From Antedon mediterranea (taxonomy: Eukaryota > Animalia > Echinodermata), in NCBI RefSeq assembly GCF_964355755.1, contig NC_092678.1, positions 326,422-390,421 on the forward strand: a stretch of 64,000 nt of DNA, given 5' to 3'. Under the pieces are notes generated by a model, which had not been told where the DNA came from, made no database searches, and saw nothing but the letters and a program-made list of their open reading frames with translations. Positions 1 to 12,109 of this stretch are shown here, piece by piece (the first letter of the stretch is position 1; each line of letters opens with the position of its first letter). The position numbers and the translations under genes are program-made.

Positions 1-882
1 TCGCACTTAATTTATGAGTCAATGCATAGTCATCGGCATATACTGCTGCGTCTTTTAATGTATCAATTTTACGTTCATCAAGGTGAATTTTAATATCAAC
101 ATGAATGCACCTTTTAAATTCTTCTATTAACATCATTTGCTTTAAATTATCATAATTCAATTCTACATCTTTAGAACTAACCCATCTATCAAACATTTGC
201 TCTTTAACTCTGGCAAACTCCACATGCGTTTGTTCACACTGTATCCTCGCATCTCTAAATCTTTGTCGATAAGTGTTGAAAATATTTATCAACTTCGGTT
301 TCCTGAAATTTTGGAACAAGCCTAATGTGTTTAGACGCATTGAAAGCATCAGGCGCACTAGCAACATTTACTTTTCCTTCTCTCTCTCTCTCAATAATGT
401 CTCTTTCAATTTGGTACTGCAATTTCGCAAGCTCTAACTCTACATCTGCTTTTTGCTTTGCCCTCTCCATTTCCATTTCCATCATCATTCTCTCTTTATC
501 AATTTCCATCTTAGCCATTTGTAACTCTAATCCTTTCAATTTTACAGCTTCACTCTCTACTTCCTCAACCACAATCACTTCCTTTAAACATGATTCTTCT
601 AAGTATTCTTCTCTTACAAGGGTTTCAATTAAATTATTTTTAACAACTTGTTTTCTCGTAGACTGTTTTAAATGCAGATCAAAATACCTTCCCAACGCCA
701 ACAAATCTGGCTTTTTTAACGTATTAAATTTTTCCCAGGAAACACACTCTGCAAGGTATTTTTCAGCCTCAAACTCCATTATAAACAAATGGTTAAGAAA
801 AAATTACAATAGTGTAGCAGTGATTGTTTGTTCCAAACCCCGAGTGAGTCTAACAACTCCGGTTTTCCCGGACGAGCCCCCA
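1..882 (-). mobile_element. Gypsy (Gmr1-like) LTR retrotransposon fragment: PBS, leader and gag, running off the window start
   Basis: Gag-like motif IRLVPKFQETEVDKYFQH after a coiled coil. It duplicates 30806-31865 but has a 176-bp deletion at ~273. Confidence 0.85.
866..882 (-). promoter_or_regulatory. Primer binding site, tRNA-Pro (second copy 31849-31865)
   Basis: Minus strand reads TGGGGGCTCGTCCGGGA, the known tRNA-Pro PBS, ~80 nt upstream of gag. Confidence 0.9.
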
Positions 883-892
883 ATTTCTGTAC

Positions 893-1189
893 TTAAAGGC
901 TCTCTTTTTCTACTTTTGGGTTCACACATTCCTCTCGAGAGACCGCTCTCTTAACATGAACCGTTTTACTGTTCAGACAATGTCCTGTCGTTTGGGAATC
1001 CTCCATGCACTTATCCACCATGCTTGCTTTTCTTAACGATACAAACCCAAATCCTCGGCTTTTTTTTGTATGGGGATATCTCACGATGAAATAATCAATA
1101 ATTTCCCCATATTTGGAGAAATACTGTCTCGACGTCATCATTTGTTTCATAATCAAGACCTCCAACAAATATTTTTTTGAGTTGTGGGT
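893..1189 (-). pseudogene. hnRNP A/B-like RRM1, spliced copy, 3' part (5' part at 6001-6028, split by Gypsy insertion)
   Basis: Joined pieces read MVGVTENEENPQLKKIFVGGLDYETNDD/(frameshift)RQYFSKYGE..KKSRGFGFV..VKRAVSRE, with RNP2 and RNP1 motifs. Duplicate at 31876-32172. Confidence 0.88.
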
Positions 1190-1632
1190 TGTGATGTTAT
1201 GTCTTTGTTTGTACACAACAATATAATATATAAATGAACGAAGACGTTAGTTTGGTTTGGTAGATGTTTATTGTAGCTCAGCAATATAGCAAGTGGTTAT
1301 GAAACATTAGTTATCATTACTAATACCTCTGGTATGTGGTTGTCATGGCTATGAGGATAGCTAACCTAGATACCAGTAAGGTGTGTGGACCTGTTGAACC
1401 TGTAAGTTCAGTCACTTGTAATGTAATATCATTACATCTTCCCTCTTTTGAAAGTTAAAATATTTTTCTTAGTATTCTTTTAAATCCGTTATTTATGTAT
1501 CCATAGTTCATGCATAAGATTTCAAGAGTATTATACTTAGATTTTTTTTTTAAAATATTTTTATCTTGTTATTTAAATTTATTTATGTACATGCTAGCAT
1601 TATTCATAAGTCGTTGCATAATTGTCTATACA

Positions 1633-3293
1633 TTATATTTTGTCTGTAACATAGTCGTCTAAGTATGCTGGTCGTCGGGCTTGACGTCGTGGTCGGTTTT
1701 GATCGATAGTTTTACCATTTCTGTCATTTGTAACCGGTACGTCGTCATCCGAGTCATAGTCGTCATTGTCATATCTGTCAATGGATGGTATTGGCATGAT
1801 GTGCCTTCTGTTCCGTCTATAGATATCATTTCCACATTTCACAAGATAAGATTTATGAGGTAGTGATTTGTGAATTGTTCCAACTTTGTTCCACAACTTA
1901 GATGTTGTATCATATACAGTACTTTAACTTTCTGTCCGTATTGTATGGTTTCTAGAGTTTTTGAATGTTTGTTATAGTTCTGCGCTTGTTTTTGCTTTAG
2001 CTCATCCTTCTTTTCCTTTAATTCAATAAGTTTTGGTTTTAGCGCTGACTCATTAACTGGGAGGTTTGATCTGATTTTCCTTGAGAACATCATTTCTGCT
2101 TGACTAAGTCCATGCTCGAGTGGTGTAGCACGATATATCTGTAGTGCTAAGTATATATCTTCCTTTGTCTCTGTACATTTCTTGATAATTTGTTTGACTA
2201 TCTTTACTGCATTTTCAGCTTGTCCATTTGACTGCGCAAAATATGGACTGGAAGTTGTATGTTCAAAGTTCCATTCGTTGGTGAATTTCCGAAATTCTTC
2301 ACTGACGAATTGTGGTCCATTATCAGAAAAGAGTACAAATGGTGTACCATGTATCGCAAACCATGATTTCAGTATGTTGATTACAGCTGCTGAAGATGAA
2401 CTTGTTAGTTGACGAACTTCAATGTATTGAGAATAATAGTCAACACATGTGATATAATTGTTATTGTTTACCGTGAAAAGATCAATCCCAATTTTCTGCC
2501 ATGGTTGGGTGTTATCGGCTGCATATATCATTGGTTCCTTTGGTTGCATTGGTTGGTGTTTCTGGCATGTCGGACAAGATTTTACTTTGTCATCTATGTC
2601 CTTGTTGATGTTTGGCCAGAATATTACTTGTCTAGCCCGTCTCCTGCATTTTTCGATACCCAAGTGTCCAGTATGGATTTGCTTAAGCATGTCCTTTGTC
2701 ATTTTAGCAGGTATTACGATTCGATCACCTTTGAATACGAGATCGCCTTTTATTGATAGCTCATCACGATAATTCCAGTAATCTCGTGTTGCTGGGTGGC
2801 ATTTGTTTCGCTTGTTAGGCCATCCTTGTTGAATTGTGCGATTCAGTTCTCTTATTGCTTCATCGTTGCCTGACTCAACTTCAATTTCCTTGAGTTTTTT
2901 GTCAGTAGTAGGTAGCGCTGCAATTATTGATTGTACATACATATCAATGAAATCATTAAATTGTTGCTCTGACGACAGTTGGTATGTCGCGTCAACTGCT
3001 CGTGAAAGAGTATCCGCTGTTTGGAGTGATTTTCCAGGTACATAGATTATCTTTATGTCGTACTTTTGCAGTCGCAATCGCATTCTTTGGAGACGAAGAG
3101 GTCCATCAGCTAGCGGTTTCGAGAAAATTGATACAAGTGGCTTGTGATCAGTCTCGCATATAACTGATTGTCCATAAAGAAATTGGTGGAACCTTTCACA
3201 TGCAAACATTGTGGCTAGGCACTCTTTTTCAATTTGTGCGTACCTTGTTTCTGCTGAGGTCATTGCTCTTGAGGCATATGCTATTGGCGCCCA
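1633..3293 (-). pseudogene. Gypsy pol: RNase H and integrase, C-terminal frameshift
   Basis: PIAYASRAMT..YAQIEKECLA, ETDHKPL, H..HLGIEKC..CPTC, IGIDLF, SDNGPQF, QSNGQAE. Confidence 0.93.
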
Positions 3294-3735
3294 TCTACAG
3301 TACCGGACAGAATTATTGCAGATTTTGAATGCATTCAACGCATTGTTAAAGTGTTGACAACGCGTTGAAACTGCGTTGTCCGTTGGCATTGAAAGTGTTG
3401 AGTTCGTTGAACTGTTTATTCAACCAACACAATGTGTTGCGTTGAGTTTGCGTTGAAATAACGAACAATCGGATTCGTATGGTATTTACAGATTGCCAGT
3501 GTGTATTAGTAGTAGTAGTAATAGTATAAAATACAGTATTACAAATATTTAAGAAAACAAACATAATGTGTATTTTTCCGCGGAAACCTAGCTTAATATA
3601 TTACACTAGGCTAGGCCTACTACTAACGAGTAGGCCCCGTGTGTATATGAGCCGCGTCTGCCATCGCAGTTAAAAGTAGTGGTCATGTCCTTAATTATGC
3701 CTATATTAACTGGAGTATTAAATACCAAAGTTAAG

Positions 3736-4750
3736 CTTGGTTGAGGGTTGTGGCATATTTGTTATTGCCTTAATTTTCTCTGGATCTGGCTTTATGCCTT
3801 TATCTGTCAGTAAATCACCAAGGAATACAACTTGCTTGACACAGAACTCACATTTTCGTTTGTTTAGCTTTATGCCATTCTTCTCTATGATGTCAAGTAC
3901 TTGGCTTAATTTGTCTATGTTCTTCAATTGTTTTAGAGGATATTATGATGTCATCTTGCATTGAGTTTACTCGTGGTATGTTTTCCAACAAGTTGCTAAT
4001 TGCCACTTGGAACCCTTCGCTTGCGCAGTTAATTCCAAATGGTAAACGTTTGAAGATGTAACGTCCCACAGGTGTAATAAAGCATGTTAGTTGAGCACTT
4101 TCGTCATTGAGAGGTTGCTGCCAATATCCTGATGTGAAATCTAGTTTTGTAAAAAATTTAGCATCAGCGAATTCGGCCATAATTTCTTCCCTCGACGGTA
4201 GCTTGAAGTGTTCACGCTTTATGGCTTTATTGAGATTTCTAGGGTCAAGGCATAGGCGAATGTCACCATTCCGTTTGTTCACGGTAACGATGTTGCTTAC
4301 CCATTCAGTTGGTTCCTGAATTTTTTCTATCACACCAAGCTGTTCCATGCGATCAAGTTCCATTTTAACTTTATCTCTTATCTTGAAGGGTATTTTCCGA
4401 CAAGGACTTTGAACTGGTGGAATCGATTTGTCAGTGTGTATGTGATACTTCCTTGGTAAGCACCCAAGACCTTTGAAGACATTATCGTGTTTGTTTACAA
4501 TATCTTGTACATGATGAATGCCGTTAGTGGTGTTTCGTTCCACTGTATTCAGTGACGCTTCCTCAAAGTTTGGTATTATTAGTTGTAGCTGCAAACATGT
4601 ATCGGCACTTAATAGTGGTTTATAATTTGTCAATTTGTCATCAACTATGTATACTGCAAATGTTCCTTTACGATCCTTACTGTACGCTATGTCCAGGTTG
4701 CATTTGCCTAAAATTGGGATAGCAGCATCAGAGTAGCTTTTGACTGGCGT
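3736..4750 (-). pseudogene. Gypsy pol: protease remnant and reverse transcriptase, frameshifted
   Basis: EWVSNIV..IRLCLDPRNLNKAI, KLDFTSGYWQ, RLPFGI, QDDIII, VFLG..GIKPDPEKIKAI. Confidence 0.92.
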
Positions 4751-4752
4751 AC

Positions 4753-5573
4753 TTACGGGAATGAGGAGTGGTTTATGTCAAGTTGACAGAAAAATCCATG
4801 GGAGGGTTTTGAAATGGCGTTACACTCTATTTCAATTGTGCTCAATAGAAAGGTTTCCTCCTCAGATTCAGATTCTGATGCTACAACCACATTCGCTCTT
4901 TTAAAGCTTTTGCTGCGATACTTTTGTTTATCATCTTTTGCGTGTTTCTTTGCGTAGCTTGTTTTCGTTGTGCAGCATTTTCCGAAGTGATTGCGCCCGT
5001 TGCATTTGTCACATATTTTACCAAATGCTGGACATGATTTTGGTCCATGTTTTGTGGCGCACCTTCTACAGTCAAAGTGTTTAGTAGTGCTCCTTTTTGA
5101 GTTACTATGATTATTCATGCTCAATGCATTTAGTTGACTTGCCGATGCTTGCAACGTGTCATCACTAACTTCTTGATTTTGTGCAATGCTGATTGCCTTG
5201 TCCAGGGTTAGATTGTCCCCTTCATCCATACACTTTTCCTTGACTCTGGGATGAATGGCTCTCAGTACAATAGCATCGCGCAACATCCTTTCCTCTAGAT
5301 CGCCATATTTAAAACCCCAATCAGCATCTCGTTTTCTGCAGGTATTGCTGCTTGGTCACCATTTTCGGGCTGAGCTGCGGCCCATACAAATTTCCCATAT
5401 ATTTCTCGTCCACGGTCCCCAATATAAGTCATTAAATAGTTAACTTTTTGTATTTCCGTCTTTGCGTCTAAAGGACCATCAAACGTGAATTGACAGTGTT
5501 GTTTGAACCGTTTAAATTCTCTCAACAAATCTGGTGATGCCCAGTCCATTGCTGGTTTATTCTTGTCGGCCAT
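4753..5573 (-). pseudogene. Gypsy gag with zinc knuckles, internally deleted
   Basis: CRRCATKH..CPAFGKICDKCNGRNHFGKCC, split into two ORFs. Confidence 0.88.
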
Positions 5574-6000
5574 TGTTAATGTGTTATAAAATAAAGTTAC
5601 TCACAGACCTTGATATTATCCACTGAAGCAAGAAGAGTCCAAAGATCCGAAGAAAACAGAGGTCTAACTTCAATATGCCAATGGAAAAATTAATCCGATG
5701 ATAACATAAAATATATCCACATTAAATTGGTTCGAATTTCTGACACCATGTGATGTTATGTCTTTGTTTGTACACAACAATATAATATATAAATGAACGA
5801 AGACGTTAGTTTGGTTTGGTAGATGTTTATTGTAGCTCAGCAATATAGCAAGTGGTTATGAAACATTAGTTATCATTACTAATACCTCTGGTATGTGGTT
5901 GTCATGGCTATGAGGATAGCTAACCTAGATACCAGTAAGGTGTGTGGACCTGTTGAACCTGTAAGTTCAGTCACTTGTAATGTAATATCATTACATGGGT

Positions 6001-6322
6001 TTTCTTCGTTTTCGGTTACGCCTACCATGATTGTCTATATAAAGCAACCAACGTAAAGAAGTGGAAGTCTAAATCCAAGGGATTTCATTTTATTCAACGG
6101 AACTTAGACAGGACTTTGGGAAACTATTTTGCTCGACGTCATCATTTGTTTCATAATCAAGACCTCCCAACAAATATTTTTTTGAGTTGTGGGTTTTCTT
6201 CGTTTTCGGTTACGCCTACCATGATTGTCTATATAAAGCAACCAACGTAAAGAAGTGGAAGTCTAAATCCAAGGGATTTCATTTTATTCAACGGAACTTA
6301 GACAGGACTTTGGGAAACTATT
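6001..6322 (-). pseudogene. hnRNP A/B-like 5' UTR and start codon (ATG at 6028), tandemly duplicated; second copy has the empty Gypsy site
   Basis: 6132-6322 repeats 1127-1189 joined to 6001-6130 with a single TGGGT. Confidence 0.85.
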
Positions 6323-6849
6323 TTGATGGTCAAACAAATAAAGTGATAGTTCAGCAATGTCATCGGATGTAATATCTATGGATCTACGTGACTTTCAAAT
6401 GAAATTACATGTAGAAAGTGTACTTAGCGTTTTGTCTGAACCATTCATTGTTCCGCCGGTGTGTGTCCCATCGCCATCTTGGGTCTCATCACAGTACTTG
6501 TTCTTGGCAGCTTCAAATAATATCTTCCTTGCTTTTAGTAGCTCATTGATAGTGAAATTAGTGCTTAGAAGTGACTTTATTGGAATACTAGTGAATTTTT
6601 GATGTCTATGATGATTTTCTGTATCCTTAGATCGATTTCTGTTAAGAAACTCAGAGAGCCTGTGTAACGCACGTCTACGTTCAAAGCCAGTGTTCGATAG
6701 CTACTTGAATAATTTCATTTACACCAAACATGTGAAGTTGGTATACCATTTAAGAACTATATTTGTATTTAATTGTATTTAATGTTAACTGCAATTCTGC
6801 AATAGCAATTAGGCATAATGTGTAGTAACATCGTACCTCTGAATAAAAT

Positions 6850-7765
6850 TAACATAGTCCGTAATTTCACCATATTTTGAAAAATATTTTCGTAGGGTCT
6901 CATGGTAGATTTTTTAAAACTTGTACGAGATTTATATTTTTAAAATCGCCTCTCTTGATACTGCTCTTTTGACTTGTACTTTCAGTTTGTCAATGAAGTG
7001 TGCCCTCGTATGGTAATCCTGGATGCATTTATCTACCATGCTTTCCTTTTTGAAACGTTACAAATACAAAACCTCTAGATCTTTGTATGTTAGTGTCTGA
7101 TTCTGTGCAAATACCACCTCTGTTCATGCAGTGATGACCACCTTTCATTAGTCTGAATGCGGATTGAGTTCCCTGGTAATTCTTTGTTACTTTTGTTACA
7201 CTATAATTGCCACAGATTCTGTGCCATCTGATTTTAGGCCCAATTGGGGTTGCCCATTCACTTTGTTTTACTTTGTGTACAGTATTACACTATTTTCTTC
7301 CAACTTATTTAACTCTTTCAACTTTCAATTTGTTAGCATAGGGGACAAACCTTGCTTTCACATAGACAGGGGTGACATTTTCTTTGATATTTCTTCCTTT
7401 CGTAGTAAAATCAGTGATTTTATTTTTATTCTTGCCGTGTAGTCGCCATTTTTAGGGAATCAATTCCTTAGTAATATGGAATATACCTGAATTTGGGTGA
7501 AACTTCCTCTCACCTGACGAGCAAAAATGCAGCACGTCTAATGGCGTTGCATGCTGGCTTAAAAAAACAATGCATATTGTCTACCATGGTTGATTTTTGG
7601 AAGTTAGCAAAACCAAGAAGCGAACCCACGCTTCTTTCCGGATATTTTCTCAAGTGGAATGTCCACAGACTAACCTTTCCGTAATTTGTCTCAATATTCT
7701 TTTAACTTTACTCTGTAATTTCTTGCTGCAGAGGATGATCTTTTTGCAAGGCCTCTTTTTCACAT
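6850..7765 (-). pseudogene. Scrambled hnRNP RRM1/RRM2 fragments with an embedded Gypsy RT fragment (~7190-7390)
   Basis: Minus-strand pieces RSRGFVFVTF..VQVKRAVSRE, ETLRKYFSKYGEITDY, VDIPLEKISGKKRGFA, plus RT-like KENVTPVYVKARFVPYA..SEWATPI..RICGNY. Confidence 0.78.
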
Positions 7766-8007
7766 AGACACGGGTGACATTTTCTTTGATATTTATGTGA
7801 GCAGCTCACGTTTTATACCTTCATATGAATCTTCAAATATGTTGCCATATTTGTCAAGTAACACATTTAACTGTTACTTTTGTTACACTATAATTGCCAC
7901 AGATTCTAACTGTGCCATCTGATTTTAGGCCCAATTGGGGTTGCCCATTCACTTTGTTTTACTTTGTGTACAGTATTACAGTGAGAGCACAGTTTAACAT
8001 TACTTAC

Positions 8008-8564
8008 CGGTATTGTATGGTGTACCACCTCTGTTAATGTACTGCTGATTACCTGTCATTGGTCCGAATCTACAGAAGTCCTACATATTTATAGTGATAG
8101 AGGGTTACTTACCGGTATTATATGGTGTACCACCTCTGTTATTTTGATGCATGTGAGACTGAAATTACTCGCATGCGTTTTGGAGGAGTCTAGTTGCTAA
8201 CAATCTGTGAAACCAGAGCAAAACATAAAATAAATTACAAGCCAACAACTGTTTATGTCTATTCAGACGGATAAAATATTAATTGAAATCATTGTGTAAT
8301 CTTTGTATTAACTAACAATATAGCGAAAGCTAAAATATTTTGCTATGCTAAAACTACAATCTGCAAAGACAGTAATTCTCCTAAAATCTTGATTTAGGTA
8401 CATTATTTTTTTCTAGAGAATTGTTCCTTACATCATAATCGATCTCTGTGTATCGCCTCCAGCCATATCGCCTCCAGCCATATTCCCTGCAGTCATATTC
8501 CCTGTAGCCACACCACTACCACCTCCAGTAACGGCCACACCACGTTCATTGTTTCCATATTGAC
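8008..8564 (-). pseudogene. hnRNP A/B-like C-terminal exons (Gly-rich exon 8432-8564; PY-NLS exon remnants ~8008-8070 and ~8113-8140)
   Basis: FGPMTGNQQYINRGGTPYNT followed by a gtaagt donor; ctttagcag acceptor before the Gly-rich exon. Confidence 0.75.
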
Positions 8565-8604
8565 CTGCTAAAGAAAACAAGATAATGAATTTTAAGAATG
8601 TATT

Positions 8605-8743
8605 CAGGGCCGTATCCAGGTTTGACGGTGGGGTGGATAAGTTGTTTAGTGGAACCATACCCTCGAATTTTTTTTTTTTTATGTGGCTGCAAATCGCATT
8701 TTCGGCTATTCTCTTATGTAACTATATAATTTGGTGTAATTTC
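8605..8743. mobile_element. End of a probable hAT-like non-autonomous element in an hnRNP intron
   Basis: Starts CAGGGCCGTATCCAGG where homology to the uninterrupted intron (~26325-26372) stops. The other end was not found. Confidence 0.5.
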
Positions 8744-9314
8744 CAGCCCACGAATTTCAATTGCCGACCTTAAATTGTCAGAGAACGGCATTCTCTTGCC
8801 GACGACTAGGCTAGATCCCTCCTCCTTTCAAGCCTCCTAGCAACCACATGGTACATTAAGGGATCGTATCATTGAGACTTTAACAGGCATATTCACCATC
8901 ATGTGGTGTTTAGGTAACAAACCATGGAATTAAGATGATCCCAGAATTCACTCAACCATTGCATCATGCACTTGCGTGAGCTGCATGCTTTCTCTATCAA
9001 GCTGGCTTGGCACGTCACACGCACGCGGAGACCTGTGTAGGGGAATACCCTATGTCAAGCAAACAACTATGCTCTGTGTACGGCTAGCTCCAGAACCACG
9101 ATGTTTAGTAGTTATCAAATAGAATTTATCTTTTTAGTTATTTTAGTGTTAGGTTTTTATATTTCAGTTAAAATATATTTTATATTCTTTTTGCATAATA
9201 TATAGCTAGGGAGGCTTAGCTTAGCAAGAAGTTAGGCCTTGGTGAAATTTCTATTTTTAGAACTGCCGAGACTGCCGACTTTGGCGAATTCTTTTTTCTG
9301 AATTTCGTGAGCTG
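8744..9314. mobile_element. MITE with CAGCCCACGAA TIR and 6-bp TSD (copies 39728-40298, 43016-43586; partial 49495-49797, 63675-63987)
   Basis: Ends CAGCCCACGAATTTC and GAATTTCGTGAGCTG, flanked by AATTTC on both sides. Confidence 0.88.
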
Positions 9315-10066
9315 AATTTCTTCACTATTTATAGAGCGCCATATGCCATTTTTGAAGAATGTGACCGCCAGACATCCGGACAAAAGTATTGAAATAAAAA
9401 AAAACAAAATTTATTTTGGCGTACCACGACACACTCACACACACCCACCACAGTTGATACAGAAACTCCCTGCTATTATCGTTAAAAAGAGCCTGTTGAC
9501 ATTTGGGCTTTACTTGTTGAAATGTGTTCAGATATGGCGTCGATACCGATAAGCGTAACGGTAACTTGTTTTGCCGGTTTATGTTTCGGTTAACTACGGA
9601 ACTTAGACAGGACTTTGGGAAACTATTTTGATGGTCAAACAAATAAAGTGATAGTTCAGCAATGTCATCGGATGTAATATCTATGGATCTACGTGACTTT
9701 CAAATGAAATTACATGTAGAAAGTGTACTTAGCGTTTTGTCTGAACCATTCATTGTTCCGCCGGTGTGTGTCCCATCGCCATCTTGGGTCTCATCACAGC
9801 ACTTGTTCTTGGCAGCTTCAAATAATATCTTCTTTGCTTTTAGTAGCTCATTGATAGTGAAATTAGTGCTTAGAAGTGACTTTATTGGAATACTAGTGAA
9901 TTTTTGATGTCTATGATGATTTTCTGTATCCTTAGATCGATTTCTGTTAAGAAACTCAGAGAGCCTGTGTAACGCACGTCTTCGTTCAAAGCCAGTGTTC
10001 GATAGCTACTTGAATAATTTAATTTACACCAAACATGTGAAGTTGGTATACCATTTAAGAACTATA

Positions 10067-11180
10067 CAGTATTAGTAAAATGACGCAAAGTAGAAATAGA
10101 AAGCCTGATGTCCGTGAAACCAAACTCTTAGAATTGGTCCACACCGATTTGGCTGGCCCAATTAACCCAGTCTCTAGAGAGGGATTTAAGTATGCCATAT
10201 CATTCACAGATGATTATTCAGGAGCTGTGTTTGTATACTTCTTGAAAAATAAAAGTGACACTATATCTGCCACAGAAAGGTTTCTGGCAGACTCTTCCCC
10301 ACTGGGAAATGTAAAGTGTATTAGATCAGATAATGGTTCTGAGTTCACTTCAAAGGAGTTCAACTCACTCCTTACAAAGAATCGTATAAGACACGATACT
10401 TCTGCACCCTACTCCCCTCACCAAAATGGGACTGCCGAACGAAACTGGCGAACATTATTTGAGATGGGTAGATGTTTGATTGCACAGTCAAATTTAGGCA
10501 AAGAATTTTGGCCATATGCAATTCTAGCTGCGGCATATATACGTAATCGATGTTTTAACAATCGTGTGCAACAAACTCCATATTTTATGATGACGGGTCG
10601 AAAACCCAATTTATCCAACATGGGAGTATTTGGATCTGAATGTTATGCATACAAGCAAGACAAAAGTAAATTAGATGATCGTTGTATTAAGGGTATATTT
10701 GTTGGATATGATAAGTACAGCCCGGCTTATTTAGTATATTTCCCTGAGAGTGGAAAGATAATGAAATATAGAATTGTTAAACTTAACACAAATAAGAGTG
10801 TCGAGCAACAGATCCAAACAGAAACCGATGATGACGATTACATTCCATTAGATTCCAATAAGGGTAAAACAGATAATTCATCTGAAATTGATAGGATACA
10901 GGAGACTGCTGATCCATCCAATCTAGAACCCCAACCTAACGACCAAAGGGTAATTAATGAATCGGGTAACGAAAATGTAAGGTATCCAAGACGGGAGAGA
11001 AAACCTCCATCGTATCTTGAGGATTATGCTACCGATTTAGAGGACAATAATGACCAATTATTATCCAGTATTGATTATTGCTACAAAATTTCAGAGTTTC
11101 CTCAAACTTTTAGGGAAGCTATTAATTCACCAGAGTCCAAGTATTGGCAAACTGCAATGGCAGACGAAATGAAATCCCTC
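10067..11180 (+). mobile_element. Copia integrase fragment up to the start of RT (duplicate 44339-45452)
   Basis: LVHTDLAGPI, RSDNGSEF, PHQNGTAER, GIFVGYD, PQTFREAI..WQTAMADEMKSL, with IN before RT. Confidence 0.93.
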
Positions 11181-11459
11181 ATTGCTTTGCTCACTCCTTA
11201 AGATGATAACATTCTTCTATGTGAATCACTCTTCCATATTTATTCCTACTGTGTAGATGTGTACTTTGTATAGTTTATTACAATAAAGTTATTATAGTTC
11301 TAGATCGTAGGCTACAAACAATACATCGTAGGAGAGAACAATGACCTACGTTCTACCTACGATCTACCTACGCGTAGATGCGAAGCAGTAATTTCTTGCT
11401 GTACTGTAAAGACACACTGGAAGGCTTATTGTGGATTGATAACTTTAGACAAATACAAT

Positions 11460-11922
11460 TAGATCAAATCATGAGACAAAAGGAAGATAACGAATGAAGT
11501 TAATGAATGGAATAAGAAAATGTTGCATGAAACCTGTACGAATATTATATGCATTCAAGCAGAAGATATTGTAGTTAACAGCAAGAAAGAACACGTTAAG
11601 TGCGAAACACCTCGGAAATCACGTAAAACTAATTTATTAAATTATTTGTGGATTGCACAAATGGATGTATGGGATATGTTGAAGAAATAACCAAGCATTA
11701 TCAAACAAAAAACCAATATCTATTAAAGTGAATTTTGACAACAATGAAATTGGTATTCAGTTAATTGAAATGTTTCAAGCTATTGGCAAAAAATACAGCC
11801 GAAAGCAATTTCCTCTCAAATTAGCTTATGCATGTACAGTTCATAAAGTGCAAGAAATAACAATGAATAAAAGGCATCAGTTAGCTTTAAAAATACTTTT
11901 GTGCCTGGACAAGCATACGTAC
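11460..11922 (+). pseudogene. PIF1/Helitron helicase C-terminal fragment (copies ~45730-46195, ~54205-54666, ~58477-58938)
   Basis: RKQFPLKLAYACTVHKVQ and frameshifted FVPGQAYV, the SF1 PIF1-type motifs V and VI. Confidence 0.8.
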
Positions 11923-12010
11923 AAATGATGAGACGTTGAGACAGTATTTCTCCAAATATGGGGAAATTATTGATTATTTCATAGCAAGATATCCGCATAC
12001 AAAAAAAAAG
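11920..12010 (+). pseudogene. hnRNP RRM1 fragment
   Basis: TNDETLRQYFSKYGEIIDYFIARYPHTKK. Confidence 0.8.
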
Positions 12011-12108
12011 GTATGCAAGTAGGTCATGTATGTAAGTAGGTCATGTATTTAAGTAGGTCATGTATTTAAGTTCTATGTATGTATGTAGGTATGTATGTAG
12101 GTATGTCC
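12010..12108 (+). repeat. Short ATGTAAGT/ATGTAGGT satellite (copy ~46283-46380)
   Basis: Same family as the arrays at 23410 and 26539, in the opposite orientation. Confidence 0.75.
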
Positions 12109-12109
12109 T

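Larger units (their letters stand above)
1190..5995 (-). mobile_element. Gypsy (Mag/K02A2.6-like) LTR retrotransposon, two LTRs, internally defective
   Basis: 247-bp TG..CA LTRs at 1190-1436 and 5749-5995. 5-bp TSD TGGGT at 1185-1189 and 5996-6000. PBS TGGTGTCAGAA (tRNA-Leu type) at 5738-5748, PPT at 1437-1449, order gag-RT-RH-IN. Confidence 0.96.
6290..10066. repeat. ~3.3 kb tandem unit, one full and one partial copy
   Basis: 6290-6760 recurs at 9596-10066 (ORFs at 6357 and 9662, period 3305). Confidence 0.9.

Noticed and set aside
325-954. 209-aa plus-strand ORF (and 31254-31937, 30008-30586)
   Set aside because: Antisense shadows of gag and protease.
7164-7684. Plus-strand ORFs repeated several times in the window
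   Set aside because: Antisense of Gypsy RT and RRM fragments; recurrence is due to duplication.
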